Assembly (NCBI RefSeq): GCF_009914755.1
Contig: NC_060936.1
Direction: 5' to 3' (one strand)
Length of the DNA: 64,000 bases
Source of the DNA: the human T2T-CHM13v2.0 reference genome, Homo sapiens
Both the position numbers and the translations under genes were made by a program. Shown here in pieces: positions 9,384 through 21,838 of the stretch. The notes beneath the pieces were generated by a model. It saw nothing but the letters and a program-made list of their open reading frames with translations, had not been told where the DNA came from and ran no database searches. Each line of letters begins with the position of its first letter. Position 1 is the stretch's first letter.

Positions 9384-11260
9384 AAGGGATGGCAACCTGT
9401 CCCCCTCAAAGCCACTGCCTTATCATGGCTTCATATGTGTAAAGTCAGTGGGTGTGACAAACAGGCAGAGCTATTCCTCCAGGAGCTCTTCCTCTGGGCA
9501 GTGCTGGCCTAGAGTAAGCACACTGTGAATGCACGGTTGGAACCAGCACAGGCAGTGCCTTGATTTAGAAGGTGCTGTCGTTATTTCCAGTGCCCAGGCC
9601 TGCCCCTCCGATTTTGTCTGTCTTTCCAGGCCTAGCACCACCACCTCCACAGCACTGTACTCACACATAAGGCTCTGGGAACGAAGTGTCACAAAGTCAC
9701 AGAACTTTTTCTACGTGGCCTAGCCCTTCAAACAAGGATGTCTGGAGGGTAGAGAGCTAAAAACTAAAAATAAAAAATAAAAAAAACCTTTGGGCTGAGA
9801 TGGCTGGAGATAGATGGTTGGAAGACTGAGAGTGCTTCCATTTTATGGCTTCCTTAGTGTGGTTTGAGCAAAGCCCCTGGCAAGCTCTGAAGGTCTGAGC
9901 TAAAACCATCCCTAAGGGCTGGTCTCACCAGCCCCTCCAGACTTCAGACTATAAAGTGAGTGTAATGCTGTGGAATTCAGTGCCCCTGTTTGGCTACTCA
10001 CTGCCCTCCTGTGGTGCTCCCAGAGCCTAGTAGGCTTTAAGAAGCTTGTCTGCCTAGGGTGTAGAGTACAGAGGTGGTCGAGACTGGGGCGCTCAAGATG
10101 AACATGCTACAGGAGGTGTGACACTTGTGCCCTGGACCCAGCCCTACTTGAACACACCATATGACCATGGGCATCACATCCCTTCTCTGGCCTCACTTTC
10201 CTCTCCTGCGGAGTGAGGAGGACGAGTTAGAGCCAGATAATTTCTAAAGCCTCACCCAGCCCTAGAGTTCTATAAAATGACATCTGGATTTTTTTTAATT
10301 CAATTTTATTAAAAAGGTCAGAGAGGTCTCTCATACACAACAGTCAAACATACGGTAAGTCGTGGACTTTCTGTTTGTATCTTCCATGTTCTTGAAATGA
10401 TTCTCTTCTCACCAACCTGGCTTGTCTTCATCTGAAGGAAAGGAAACCAGGAAAAATCCACATCTATCAACATTATCCATGCAACCAGTAAAAGTGTTTC
10501 TTGGGCTCTGGCAGCCTCGCAGGGACTTGTCACCAGAGGCCACTCCCTCAACTAACAGCAGATTCTGTGTCTGCTGAGGGCTGATGACTTTCTCAGCATA
10601 TGAGGAGTTCTATTCTGGAGGAACAGCAGAACCAGGACCAAGGATATGATGGCCACTCTAAAGAATAAGGGTTACAAAACTAAGGAACACATTGTATCAT
10701 AGTAAGAGAGTGTTGGAAGGTGGAGAAAAATTCTTTGAGTTAAACTTTTATTTAGAAGAAAAAATAATAATAATAAAAGAAATGGCTTCTTTCAAGCCAC
10801 CCAAACTGGGTTCTAAGCCAGAAAACTCCCATTGTTCTGGAAATTCAGCCCACAGCTGCCTTGGGAGGAGGCTGGACAAGTTGAATTAAACGGCTTATAT
10901 CCAAGTCAGCCTGTTGACATGGGAATGTCAGGGTGGCTGAAAGGGGAAATCGTATCCCTACAGGCTGTCTTCTGACCACAATTAAACATAATTGTGTGGA
11001 CTGCACACTTCCACTCCTCACTCCTTATGTCTGCAGGGCTAGCTTGAATCTTAGTGCATGGCTCTGGGGATGGCCATTCCCCTCAAGCCCTCTGTCTCAG
11101 TTGTGCTCCTGGGTGTAACCAACTGCCGGAAAGGGAAGGCCTCTGTCCACCCAGCAGCTCATCAAGGTAGCAAGCACGCCCTTTCTACAAACAGGCTGGT
11201 CCCTGTTCTTGGAGATGGAGCCCCTTAGAGATGGTGGGTGGGATGAAGTAAGGAAAATGA

Positions 11261-11740
<480 letters not shown>

Positions 11741-13329
11741 TGAGTAGGCACGGCGAGCCCAGGGGCTGGGGCTTTTTCTGGAGCATGGGTGGAAAAGCTG
11801 CATCTGGAAATCACAGTGGGCTGGCTCATCACTAGGAAGGGCAGAGATTAGAGCCGGTGGCAAGAAACAAACCTCAGGTGGGAACCAAGATGGGGAGCAG
11901 AGGGCCCTGGGGTGAGGGTGGCCCTGGCCGGGGGTGAGTCTTAAAATCAAGGCTAGTCTTCAATTCATCACTTCTTCGGGGGTGCTGACTCTTAGGTTTT
12001 GAGCCTCTTTTCATCACATCTGAGAAATATAGAGGGTGTGTGTGTAGGGGGCGGCCCCAAAGTCTGTTTCTTTCACTCCAGTCCCTTTCGCCCCTCTTCA
12101 AAGAGACAGCGAGGTTAGGGCCCTGAGTCCTGCTGGCCACCCTTTCCATTCTGATAAATGTGACCTGGGAGAGAAGCAGCCAGGTGAGAAGATGTTCTGG
12201 GAGATGACTGGCATGTGGGTCCTTACCTGAAGCTCTCTCATCCTGCCAGTAAGGGAAGCAGAAGTGCAGTGGAGCCTGCTGTTCTGTTGCCTTGGGGTGT
12301 CACGACTGTAAACTCACCCTGGCCTCTGGAAGAACTGCAAACAGAGGCTCTGAGTCAGACCAGTCCCAGGTACAATGCATTTCTGAACTGCTCCACCTGG
12401 GGGGCGGGGCAGGGCGGCATCTCCCTTCCCTCCTCGTCTGTGGAATGATGGAGAGCCTGGGCAAGCGCAGCCCTTTCACAACGCTGAGCTGTGGAAGAGT
12501 CTAAACACAGCAATGCCGGCCTTGAGCGTGGCCTGGGAGCCCATGTTGGGGAGGGAGAATGAGGCTGACGGCAGAGCAGCTCTCACAGCCGCTGTTTCCA
12601 GGGAGCGTGGAGCTTCAGTATCACTCACTCTGACAGTGGCACCAGGGAGTCTGCACTGCAGATTTCTCAGCATTGTCGGGAAGCAATTATTGTCAAAATG
12701 TTGTTAAAATACGATGCTAATTACATTTTTAAGCAGCAGTGCAAACCTCTTCTTTTGGAATCATACAAAACAAGCACTTGAGTTTCTGGAAGTAGGTCCC
12801 AAACAGCAACTCTAGGGAAAGGCCTATAGGAAGGCTTCAAAGTCTGTCAGTTCTAGGCCTTTCTGTTGTCTTGCCACCAAGACGAGGCTTAGAGAGATGA
12901 TCAAAGGCCCTGCAACTCTGGCTGTTGGGCAGGCCCAAGTCGCATACCAGGAGGGACTAGGGAGCTGGCACCAGGAAGTCACTTGATAGTACATTTCAGG
13001 AGAGCATGAGGCTCTGTTAGGAAGGAAACATGATATTCCCCCACGGATGGAGCCTGGCAGTCTCCAGTGGATCTGTCGTTTGCTCAGAGCACATGCTCTG
13101 CAGCCTGGAGAGCTCTGCAGAAATGGTCCCCGTTATCCCCATGTTTAGCCACATTCGTACTCTGTGCATACAAAACGCTGAGTCACAGTGCCAGAATTAT
13201 AATATGCCCCGAATAAAATGTGGTCTTTCCCCATCTCCCTACCTCCCACCCCGCCCCAGACAATGATGAGCCAAGACTGCCAGCATTCCTGGCGGGAGAA
13301 GCAGCATGGGAACTGAGATTGCGTGTGAT

Positions 13330-14250
13330 GGTCTGAGGGGAAGTGAGTGACCGGGATCTTTAAAGCTAAGGGTTAAAAGTCTTATGTAATGAGATTAGGT
13401 CACGATGAGGACTGCTGTGTAGTAAGGAGGCCTGGATGAAGACGGTTCCTGTTGGGGGAAGGGAGGAAGGAACTACGGCATGTTACTTCATGGCAGCAGG
13501 GGCAGGCGGGTGCAGGTAATGAAGAGGAAGGAGCCGTCACAGTCAGGGAAGAGGATAATGAGGCAGAAGTGAAATCTGAAGCAGGAGCCCAGTTGGAGTG
13601 ACCTGCGGGTGTCATGGAGACCACGAGATACGGAGGCCCGAAACTCAGCCCTGAACAAGGGTGGACACACATGTTTGAGGTTGTTGGGATGAAAACTACT
13701 AATGAGGTGATAGGACGGGTTGTTCAGAGTGAAGTGGAAAACAAGACCAAGGGCTGAATCTTGGGAAATGGACACACAGAAGAATAAGACCAAGCAAGCA
13801 AAATAGACAAAGGAATGTTAAGAGAACAGGCAGCAGCGCCAGCCTGGAAGCCGCGGGAGGAGGAATTTCAGGACAGAGCTGTTTATCCATGCATTCGTTC
13901 AACAGTCTGCCCAGCTTGGTGCTAAGGCTAGGTGGTGGTGACACACAACAGGGAGGAAATTGACACCATCGTGCTGGAGCTCACAGTCTAGTGTGGGAGA
14001 GACACTATGCAAATAAATAGGCAACTATAAATTGGGGTAAGTGTTATGAAGGAAAAGTAAGTGTAAAGTCGGGCTAATAACAAAGGTTTCTAATTTGGAC
14101 TGGCAGGTTAGGAAAGGCTTCTTTGCAGAATTAAAATTCCAGCTGAGAACAGAAGGATGAACATGAGTTATTGAGGGACTGGCAGACCCTTAACCGTTTG
14201 GGTCTGCATCAGAAGAGTGTGAGAAGTCACTGAAGGGCATTCAGAACAGA
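13330..14250. mobile_element. Degenerate L2 LINE fragments
   Basis: Purine-rich old LINE-like sequence with motifs CATGCATTCGTTCAACAG and GGAGCTCACAGTCTAGTGTGGGAGAGAC. Boundaries are approximate. Confidence 0.5.
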
Positions 14251-17200
14251 GCTGAGTGGGAGGTTGATTTGGTTAGTTCTGAGCTCCTGAAGGATCACTG
14301 CGACGTCAGGAAAAGAGCAGGGAGGAATGAGAAGCTGCAAGAGCCTGACACAGGTGAGAGGTAATGTGGCAGCAGCTCAGGCTGCAGAGGGAAAGAAGGG
14401 CTGTGTTGTGTGTGTGTTCTGGGGTGCTACCCCTCAGGGTTGCAGGGCACTGGTCTTGGGAGTCGGTCTCAGTGAGGGAGATGGGGTGGAAATGGGCCAC
14501 GACAGGGTGCTCACTCAGGCAGTGAGGCCATGGACAGGGAGGAAGATGGGAGCATGTGAAGAGGAGTAGCATGAGTGTGGGAAGCGCTGGCCTTCATTGT
14601 AATAAAGGCAAGGGCAAACTTCAAGACAAGGAAGAAGTCACGGAGCAGGAAGAGGTGAAACAAGCTGTAGGGGAAGCAAGTGCTTATAGGAAGGCATTGC
14701 TTCTGAAGAGGAGAATGGGCGACAGCAAAGACAGTTTGAGGCCCTGAACTTGCTCAGGAAGGAGGAATTTCTGTGCACCTGAAACTAATTGGAAAATGAA
14801 AGAAGAGGAGTCCCAGAGTCTAGTGCCCACCAACCTCCAGCTAGCCCTGGGATCTTGGCCAAAGCACTCCGCTCTGGGCCTCAGCCTCGTCCTCTGGGAA
14901 AAAGAAGGGTCAGACTGACATCTCTGCAGAGGCTGGGGTGGGGGGCGGAAACCACCTGCAGCGGTGCAAGATTTCATGTGAAGAAAGCATTCTACACCTG
15001 GAGAAACTGCAAACCGTAGGTCCATGTGGTATCTAAGGGTCCCTTCCAGTTCTGTAAAGCCTACAGTTCTGTAAAGAATACAGAATCAGAAACAGGCTCT
15101 GATGAAGGGGTCAGTGACAGGAGTCACTCCGAATGAGCTCAGCCATCTCATCTCCCAAAGCAAGGGTCAGGGGTCACAGGAACTTGAAGGGCAGTATAGA
15201 GACTGAAACCAGTGAGTCGTCGAGAGGATGCTCTAAGGTTGCTGGGCAGCACTGATGCCACGGTGGAGACTGATATCATAAATGCGCAGTCAGCCGTATT
15301 TTTGGCAGACTCTGAAGCCTGAGAGCACTAAAAAGAGACAGCGGCGTGTCCCAGGGTGGGGCTTAGCCATGCAGGCATGGCAGAAGGCCCAGGCGGTGTG
15401 GAGTCTGTGTGGTATCGCGGGCAACATTGCCATGACTGTAGTCAAGCCTGGTGTTAAAGGGTGAGAGTGATGGGGAGGATCCAGTGAGGACAAATGTTGG
15501 GTCCTCTGAAAGAGCAGGAGGGATCATAGAAAGGGAGGCTCTGGCCAGAGTCATGGAGCATCTGAGCTCAGCACCCAGGAGTGGAAGCAATTCTATGCCG
15601 TGCAAGGGCAGGATGTGGCCCTCCCAATAATAAGAGCTGTGGGGGAGAGGACGTCCTGGAGTTAAGGATGCTGAGTCAGACGCATTGTCAATGTGGATGA
15701 TGACTGCAGTGCCATCTGACTTATGTTAAAGGCGAATTTGGGACAATTCAGGGAAATACTATTTTACACAGCAGGTAGTAAACATATGGCACTCTTTCCT
15801 CTAAGAAGAGGGGAGAGGCTGAAAATACAAATGGCTCTCAAGAAGTTCAAATATGTCTCAAATAATGACAAATGCAAACTGAGTAACTAGGGGAAAAAAG
15901 GAGTTTGGGGTTTGTCTCTAATTCTGAACCTGAAAAGCACGAAGGAAAATCATGGTCTCCCAGAAGGTTTGTCTTGGAGTCCTGGGTGGAGAAAGTATCT
16001 GGGGTTGCATGAACTTCAGTTCCTACCCAGTGGATCTGTTCTGATGGTCTCATGTTCCTTACCAGCCTTCTCTCCCTCCTCGCTCTTCTTCAAGAATCCG
16101 CTCAACCTGAGGTAGGAATTGTGCCTCATTGGAACAACAACAGTGGAGACAACCAGGAAGCCTTCCGAGTGTGCTGTGCGTAGAGAAGCCAGAGCCCCCA
16201 GCTGTTCTCAGAGTTCTTTGGAGATTGTGAAGATCGGTAGCAGGGAGGCATTGGCCACAGTGAACCGGCCTAGGGTGTGGACCAGCACCATGGCACCAAG
16301 GCATCTGGGCTCCTGATGGCACCAAGGCACCCGGGCTCCTGGCTTGCGTCCTCTCACTGCAGGAGCACCTTTCCAGCCCAGAACCCTGGGCCACCTCCCA
16401 GGAGGCAAAGAGGTCCTATCATTAACGCCAAGGTGTGCAAAGGGAGCAGAAAGAACCAAGGCGTTCAGACGTCACAGAGTTCTCACCTCAGCTCCCCATG
16501 GGCATGGAGTTTTCCCTGGCCTCCAGACAAAAGCCGCTGAGCAGTGTCCTCCCCTTCGCAAGGAGTGGAGCCTGCCTGACATGGAACTTAGCCATTTGGC
16601 GGTTGCTTGTCAAAAGTGCCAGCCTTTAAAAGCGGATGAGGTTTTGATCCCCATGAACCTAAAATTCTGCTCACAATCCCGGAGGATAGCAACAATAGCA
16701 ACAAAATCAGTCTTCAAGTGTGGTGCCCAGGCTTATCCATCCAGACCTGTAACAAAGCAGACAAGAAGGCTCTGTCCATTTCGTGCTCAGAATGTGCCCG
16801 GATGCCACAGAAGGACCTGTAGTCCACGACTGTGCTTGAAGCAGGACCTCCTTTCCCAGCACCCCCAGCGCCAATCCTGCTTCCCAGGGTCATTTCCCTT
16901 GGAGACGAACACTCAGGATTAGGTTTCCCCAGAGGGGAGCTTTTCAGAGCCCACTTGCACTTGTGACCCGCTTGCACTGTGAGCAAGACAACGCCTCATG
17001 GCAAAGGGCCGGTGGTCGTCATCAAGGGGCACCCCAGACAGGACTACTGAGGTGTTTCTGAAAGAAGGCCTGGGACCAGGCTAGGCTTGGAGTCAGAGTG
17101 ACAAGGCTGAAGTCCATGGTCACCCACTTGAGCTTATGGTTAACAGCAAGGGGAGACAACCACCCAAAAGCAGCCTGGGAAGACACTGAAGGTCTGGGGC

Positions 17201-18656
17201 TCAGCATGGCCCCGCTGGAGAAGAGAGCACCTAGGCTCCCCAGCACCCAATTAGCAGCTGGGAAACATTTGTTTGCTGGTTAAACTGTGGCTGTAAATAA
17301 CAATGCTGCCCTGGGCTCCCAGTCCCCCTCCCACACGCTGTTAACCTGTGATTAAGCCCTCCAGCCCTCACAGGCAGTCTTTGCGGGTGGGATGAGGTTA
17401 TTAGCTAACCGTTCGGAGCAGTAAAGGCGCTTGGCTCAGACTCGCAGTGCCCCAGAGATGTAATTATCTCATGCACGATGGCTTTGCCACCTGTCACATC
17501 TTCTGGCTTAATTTTTTTAATAAGAAATAACGAGAGGGGCTGGCGTTTTCTTGCTCTGCGACACAGCTAGCTGTGTGCCGCGCTGGGACGTCGCAGGCCT
17601 GCGGCGGTTGCCTCCCAGACTCCCTTCTCCTGTTTCCTCCCCATGCCTCTCCTTGTTGCTCCACCACTGTCTCCATCCCTTTCTTCATCTCTAACTTGCG
17701 TTCTGTCCTTCTGCTTCTCCATCTGAACATTGTCACCACCTGCACTATCCCCAGCGTTCATGCCCTTCTCCTAGCACCAAAGCCAAGCTGACAGGTGCCT
17801 TCTAATGGTCTCAACTGCTTACATTCTCTCACTCTCCCTGTCTCTCTCTCTTTGGCTCAGCCTTCTCTCCTCCACACTTCTCTTTTACAGTCTGTCCCTC
17901 CTGCCCTCTTCTCCAGCCTCCTGCCTCCCCTGGACTCTTCCCTACATGAACTAGGGAGCCTCAGGACTTCCTTGAAGGTTCTGCCTTTCCATGGAACCTC
18001 CTCCCTGTTCCATGACCCTTCCAGGCAGCCACCCTCACACCCACCCTGAGCTTCTGCCCAGAGGTCCCCAGGTCTTCAGGGCTGCGTGTGACCGTCAGCA
18101 TCCTGGGTTTCTCCTCGGAGTCTGGGGCTGGCGCCTTAGGCCTCCTCTGCAGCTCTTGGGTGGGGGCTGTTGTGGCCCCTCCATTTCTGGCTGGCTCCTT
18201 TTGCTGGTCTTCCCTTCATAACCCTACTCTAGCTGGGCTCTGGCAGACAGCTGTGAGGTCTGTGCCGACCTGTTCTTGCCTGTGATTTTTCTGCTGTTGG
18301 GGTCCTCTTGTCATCAGGAGAGGCCTTTTCTTTCTCTGCAGCTTGTCTCAAGATACAGCTCTTCCTAACCTGACCTCATAGAAGTTTCTAGGCAGACCCT
18401 GAGGACCTGCTACTCTCCCTCTGCAGCAAGGATTGTCTATACTTAGAAGATGCTAGCCAGGCCAGACCTCAGTCTCCACATTCAAATACATAAATAGGGT
18501 TCTTTCTCTCCCAAGATGTTCTAGTTCACACCATGCCTCCTTCCAGCACCCACACGAAATTACCTGGGGAACATCAAATTTCCCTGGGACTGTTGACCGT
18601 CTTTTAAATGCACGTGTGTGTCCATCCTTTGGTAACATTTCCTTTTTCTTTTTCAG

Positions 18657-18683
18657 CCACCGGATCTCCAAGTCAAAGTTCAG
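18657..18683 (+). CDS. CACNA1C: CACNA1C exon 11 (27-nt microexon; HRISKSKFS)
   Basis: tttcctttttctttttcag|CCACCGGATCTCCAAGTCAAAGTTCAG|gtgagt; phase 2-2; bridges exon 10 and exon 12 in frame. Confidence 0.95.
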
Positions 18684-20032
18684 GTGAGTGAGACTCACGC
18701 TGCTCTTCCTTCCTTCTGCCACCAGCTCTGTCTTCAGCCACCCTGTTGGGTGGCCCAAGGTAATACCTACAAGTTGCCAGTAGTGTAAGGGCTGTTCTTC
18801 TAAGGGGGTAACTACTTTCTGTATGGCCATCAAGAAAAAGCTTATGGCTCAGATCAGACAAATAATCCAGCGGTTGATATTTGTTGAGTGATCTTGGACT
18901 GTCCATCTTTTTGGCAGCACAGTCCCTAGGAAGTTGTCAGACCAAATGTGTTTTCCTCCCTTCTAAGATGAAGTCCAGTTAAAAGAAACATAAAGTGAAT
19001 CCTTGTGACTGTCATGACCTACTTCATGTTTATAGAACATGGTGAGATATAACCTTTGATGATGATGGAAAGCACATAGGATTATGACACCCGTCTGTGT
19101 CACTGCTCTTGACAATGACAGAACCTACAAAAGGATCCAGGGTCCTCAGCCCCCATCTGCCTCCCAGCCTCACTTCCTGCACTTCCATGAAAATAACCTT
19201 TGTTCCCCCTACAAGGAACTTCTTGCAGTTATCCAAATGTTCCCTGTCCTGGTGCACACTGAGGCCCCTGCATGGAGCCAATCCTTCACTTAAATCACTA
19301 TGCCCCCATGCCTTCATCTGGAGAACTCACACTTCTGTTCAGACCCTCAGATGTGACTGCTTCCGTGTTACTGCTTTCTCTGCCATTTCACTGGGCCTGG
19401 AAAATACCTTCTGCAAACTCCAGGGAGAGTTACTCAGCTCCCCCTTCCCTGGTGCTTTGCTGATGCCTCTGTCACAGCACTCAGCACATGACACTCGGAT
19501 TACTGGCTCACAGTCCCCTGCTTCCAAAGGCTCTGCCTGCATGCCTCCAGGGGTTATTTCCAGAGCACCCAGCTCAGTGCCTGTCCAGTGGTGAACGTCC
19601 ATACATGTGTGTTGAATGAATGAGTGGACAGATGTGTGCAGGGAGAATGTGAATTCACTCCCACAAAGCTTGTATGTGCCAAAAAATATTGGTTATTTTT
19701 CATAATTGAGCTAATCTTGTTTCCCTAGCCCTATCTCCTACATGGCAGGAGCATAGAGAAATTTTTATCCAGCTGAGTAAATGTAGCCCAGTGCTGTATT
19801 TTAAACAGTCCCTTAAGGTAAAGTGATTTGTCTCTCAGATTGCCTCTCTCCCAGCTCCTCTCTTGGACGGAGCTGGACACATGGCGGAGAGGGACTTTGA
19901 GATCCCAGGAAGCAGGGAATGATGAGGGCTGGTCCTAGGAGCCACGCGAGCCCTCTGGATGCTTGCTCATCTCTGCTGCATGGGGCTAGGCTGAACTGCT
20001 GTCTGAACTGGTACCTGCTGAGGTCCATCTGG

Positions 20033-20092
20033 TTAGGGCATCCACTGCTGGAGTCCATGCCCTTAGGGCATCCACTGCTGGAGTCCATGCCC
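20033..20092. repeat. Perfect 30-bp tandem duplication
   Basis: TTAGGGCATCCACTGCTGGAGTCCATGCCC occurs twice (20033-20062, 20063-20092). Confidence 0.9.
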
Positions 20093-21517
20093 TCTACTTG
20101 CCTCCGGCCTTGAAATCTCCACCTCTGCTCTCTGACCCTTGAGTTCTGTTGGCCCACTGACTTTAGCACCTCTATACCTCAGCTGAGGACATGGACACTT
20201 CCAGGTCCCTCACACTCCGTGAAGGAGCTAGAGGAGACAGCAGCCCTATGACAGGCTCATTGGCCTACCGGTGTCCCATCACAGCCTCTGTAACAGCCAG
20301 GATAAGCTTCAAGCCAAGGGCTGACCTTCTCCCAGGGTCTGCCGAGGCACTCCACCAGCCCCAGTGTTGCTGGGCTTCCCCGTGGCCATCTGGGTGTTTC
20401 TAAAGCAACTCCCCACCAACCTCTTGGGCTGTGGTGACCAAGGGCTAAAAATTAAGTGGGGACCCTGGTATCTGACTTTTGCTCCACTTCTGACACCTTC
20501 TTTCTCTCCCGTTTCACTAGGACTGGAAAATACAGGCTTTTTTCCCAATCCTTGTTTCTCTCAAACCAAGACCTCATCTACATAAAACATCTAGGGTCAG
20601 GCCCATCCACTCTAGCTCTTATTACAGAGAAAGAGCTCCAGAAATATTAAAAAAAAAAAATTTCTCTCTCTCAGTAATGCTTGGCTGTTACTGCTTAATC
20701 TCCAGCATCTGGAGAAGTGGCTGGTACATAACAAGAACCTAATAAATATTTGCTGGGTGAGTGAGTAATTAATAAATGAATGATCTTGCCCCAGTAAGAC
20801 AATAGACTTGACACAGATTCAAACAAAATATCTAATTTGACAGTCAAAGCTGAAAAAGCATGTTGTGCTTTAACAGTTCCAAAGCCCCCACACAATAAGA
20901 GTAAAGGGATTAAAAATACACTTGAAAATATTTCCAAAATATCATTCTCAGTTCATGCAAGTGAGTAAATCATAAATTAATAAATGAATGAATGAATGAA
21001 TGAATATGATCTGGAGGATGGAAGGGAAAATTACATACTTGTGTCTCGAGTTAGAGATTGCCTGGAACACTCTGGGAACATTATTTTCATCCAGTGATCT
21101 ATGGTGCAAGCTGTGCTTTTCAACAAGAGGGAAAGAGCAGTGGTGCCTGTAAACCTCTGGAGTCTCCCTCGGCCCTGAGGCTTTGCTATGTGCTGGCCAT
21201 TCAGCCCTGATCATCTGCCTCTGGGAAGGCCTTCTCCTTCTGCAGCCACCCCTCAATACACCGCAGTAATGCGGACGGCAGATTTTGTTCTCCTAAAGGC
21301 TTACAGCTAGTAGATTGGCACTATCATTGAAACTCATTTCCAGATGAGGATCCTGAGGCTTTGAGAGGCCCAGGTCACAGGGCTCTAGTATGGCTGAGTC
21401 AGAGCTCATACCCAGGGGCTCTGCTGCCAATCACTGTGCCATCCTTGTGATGAGGTTCTGCCCGGGAATAGTAAACCCTGTTCCTGTATAGCTAGTGTGT
21501 CCGCAGAGTGTGTAACT

Positions 21518-21838
21518 CTAGAGCCATGCTATTCAACAGAAATATAGTGCAAGCCACATATGTACTTTTAAAAATGTTCTAGTAGGCAGGTTAAAAAATA
21601 AAAAGAAACAGGAAATTTCTTTGATTTAAACCAGTATCTCTAAAACATTACTATTTCAATATGTAATTCACATAAAAATTATTAATGACATATTTTGCAT
21701 TCATCCTTTTGTGCCAAGTCTTTGAAATTCAGTGTGTGTTTTTCCCTTACTGCCCATCTCAGTCTGGACTGACCATGTTTCCCATGCACGGTAGCTGCAT
21801 GTTGCTAGCGGCTGCCACGCAAGGCCACGTGGCCCTGG
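21518..21838. mobile_element. MER33/MER3-like hAT DNA transposon relic
   Basis: CTAGAGCCATGCTATTCAACAGAAATATAGTGCAAGCCACATATGTA...CCCATCTCAGTCTGGACTGACCATGTTT resembles the recalled MER33 consensus. Confidence 0.6.
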
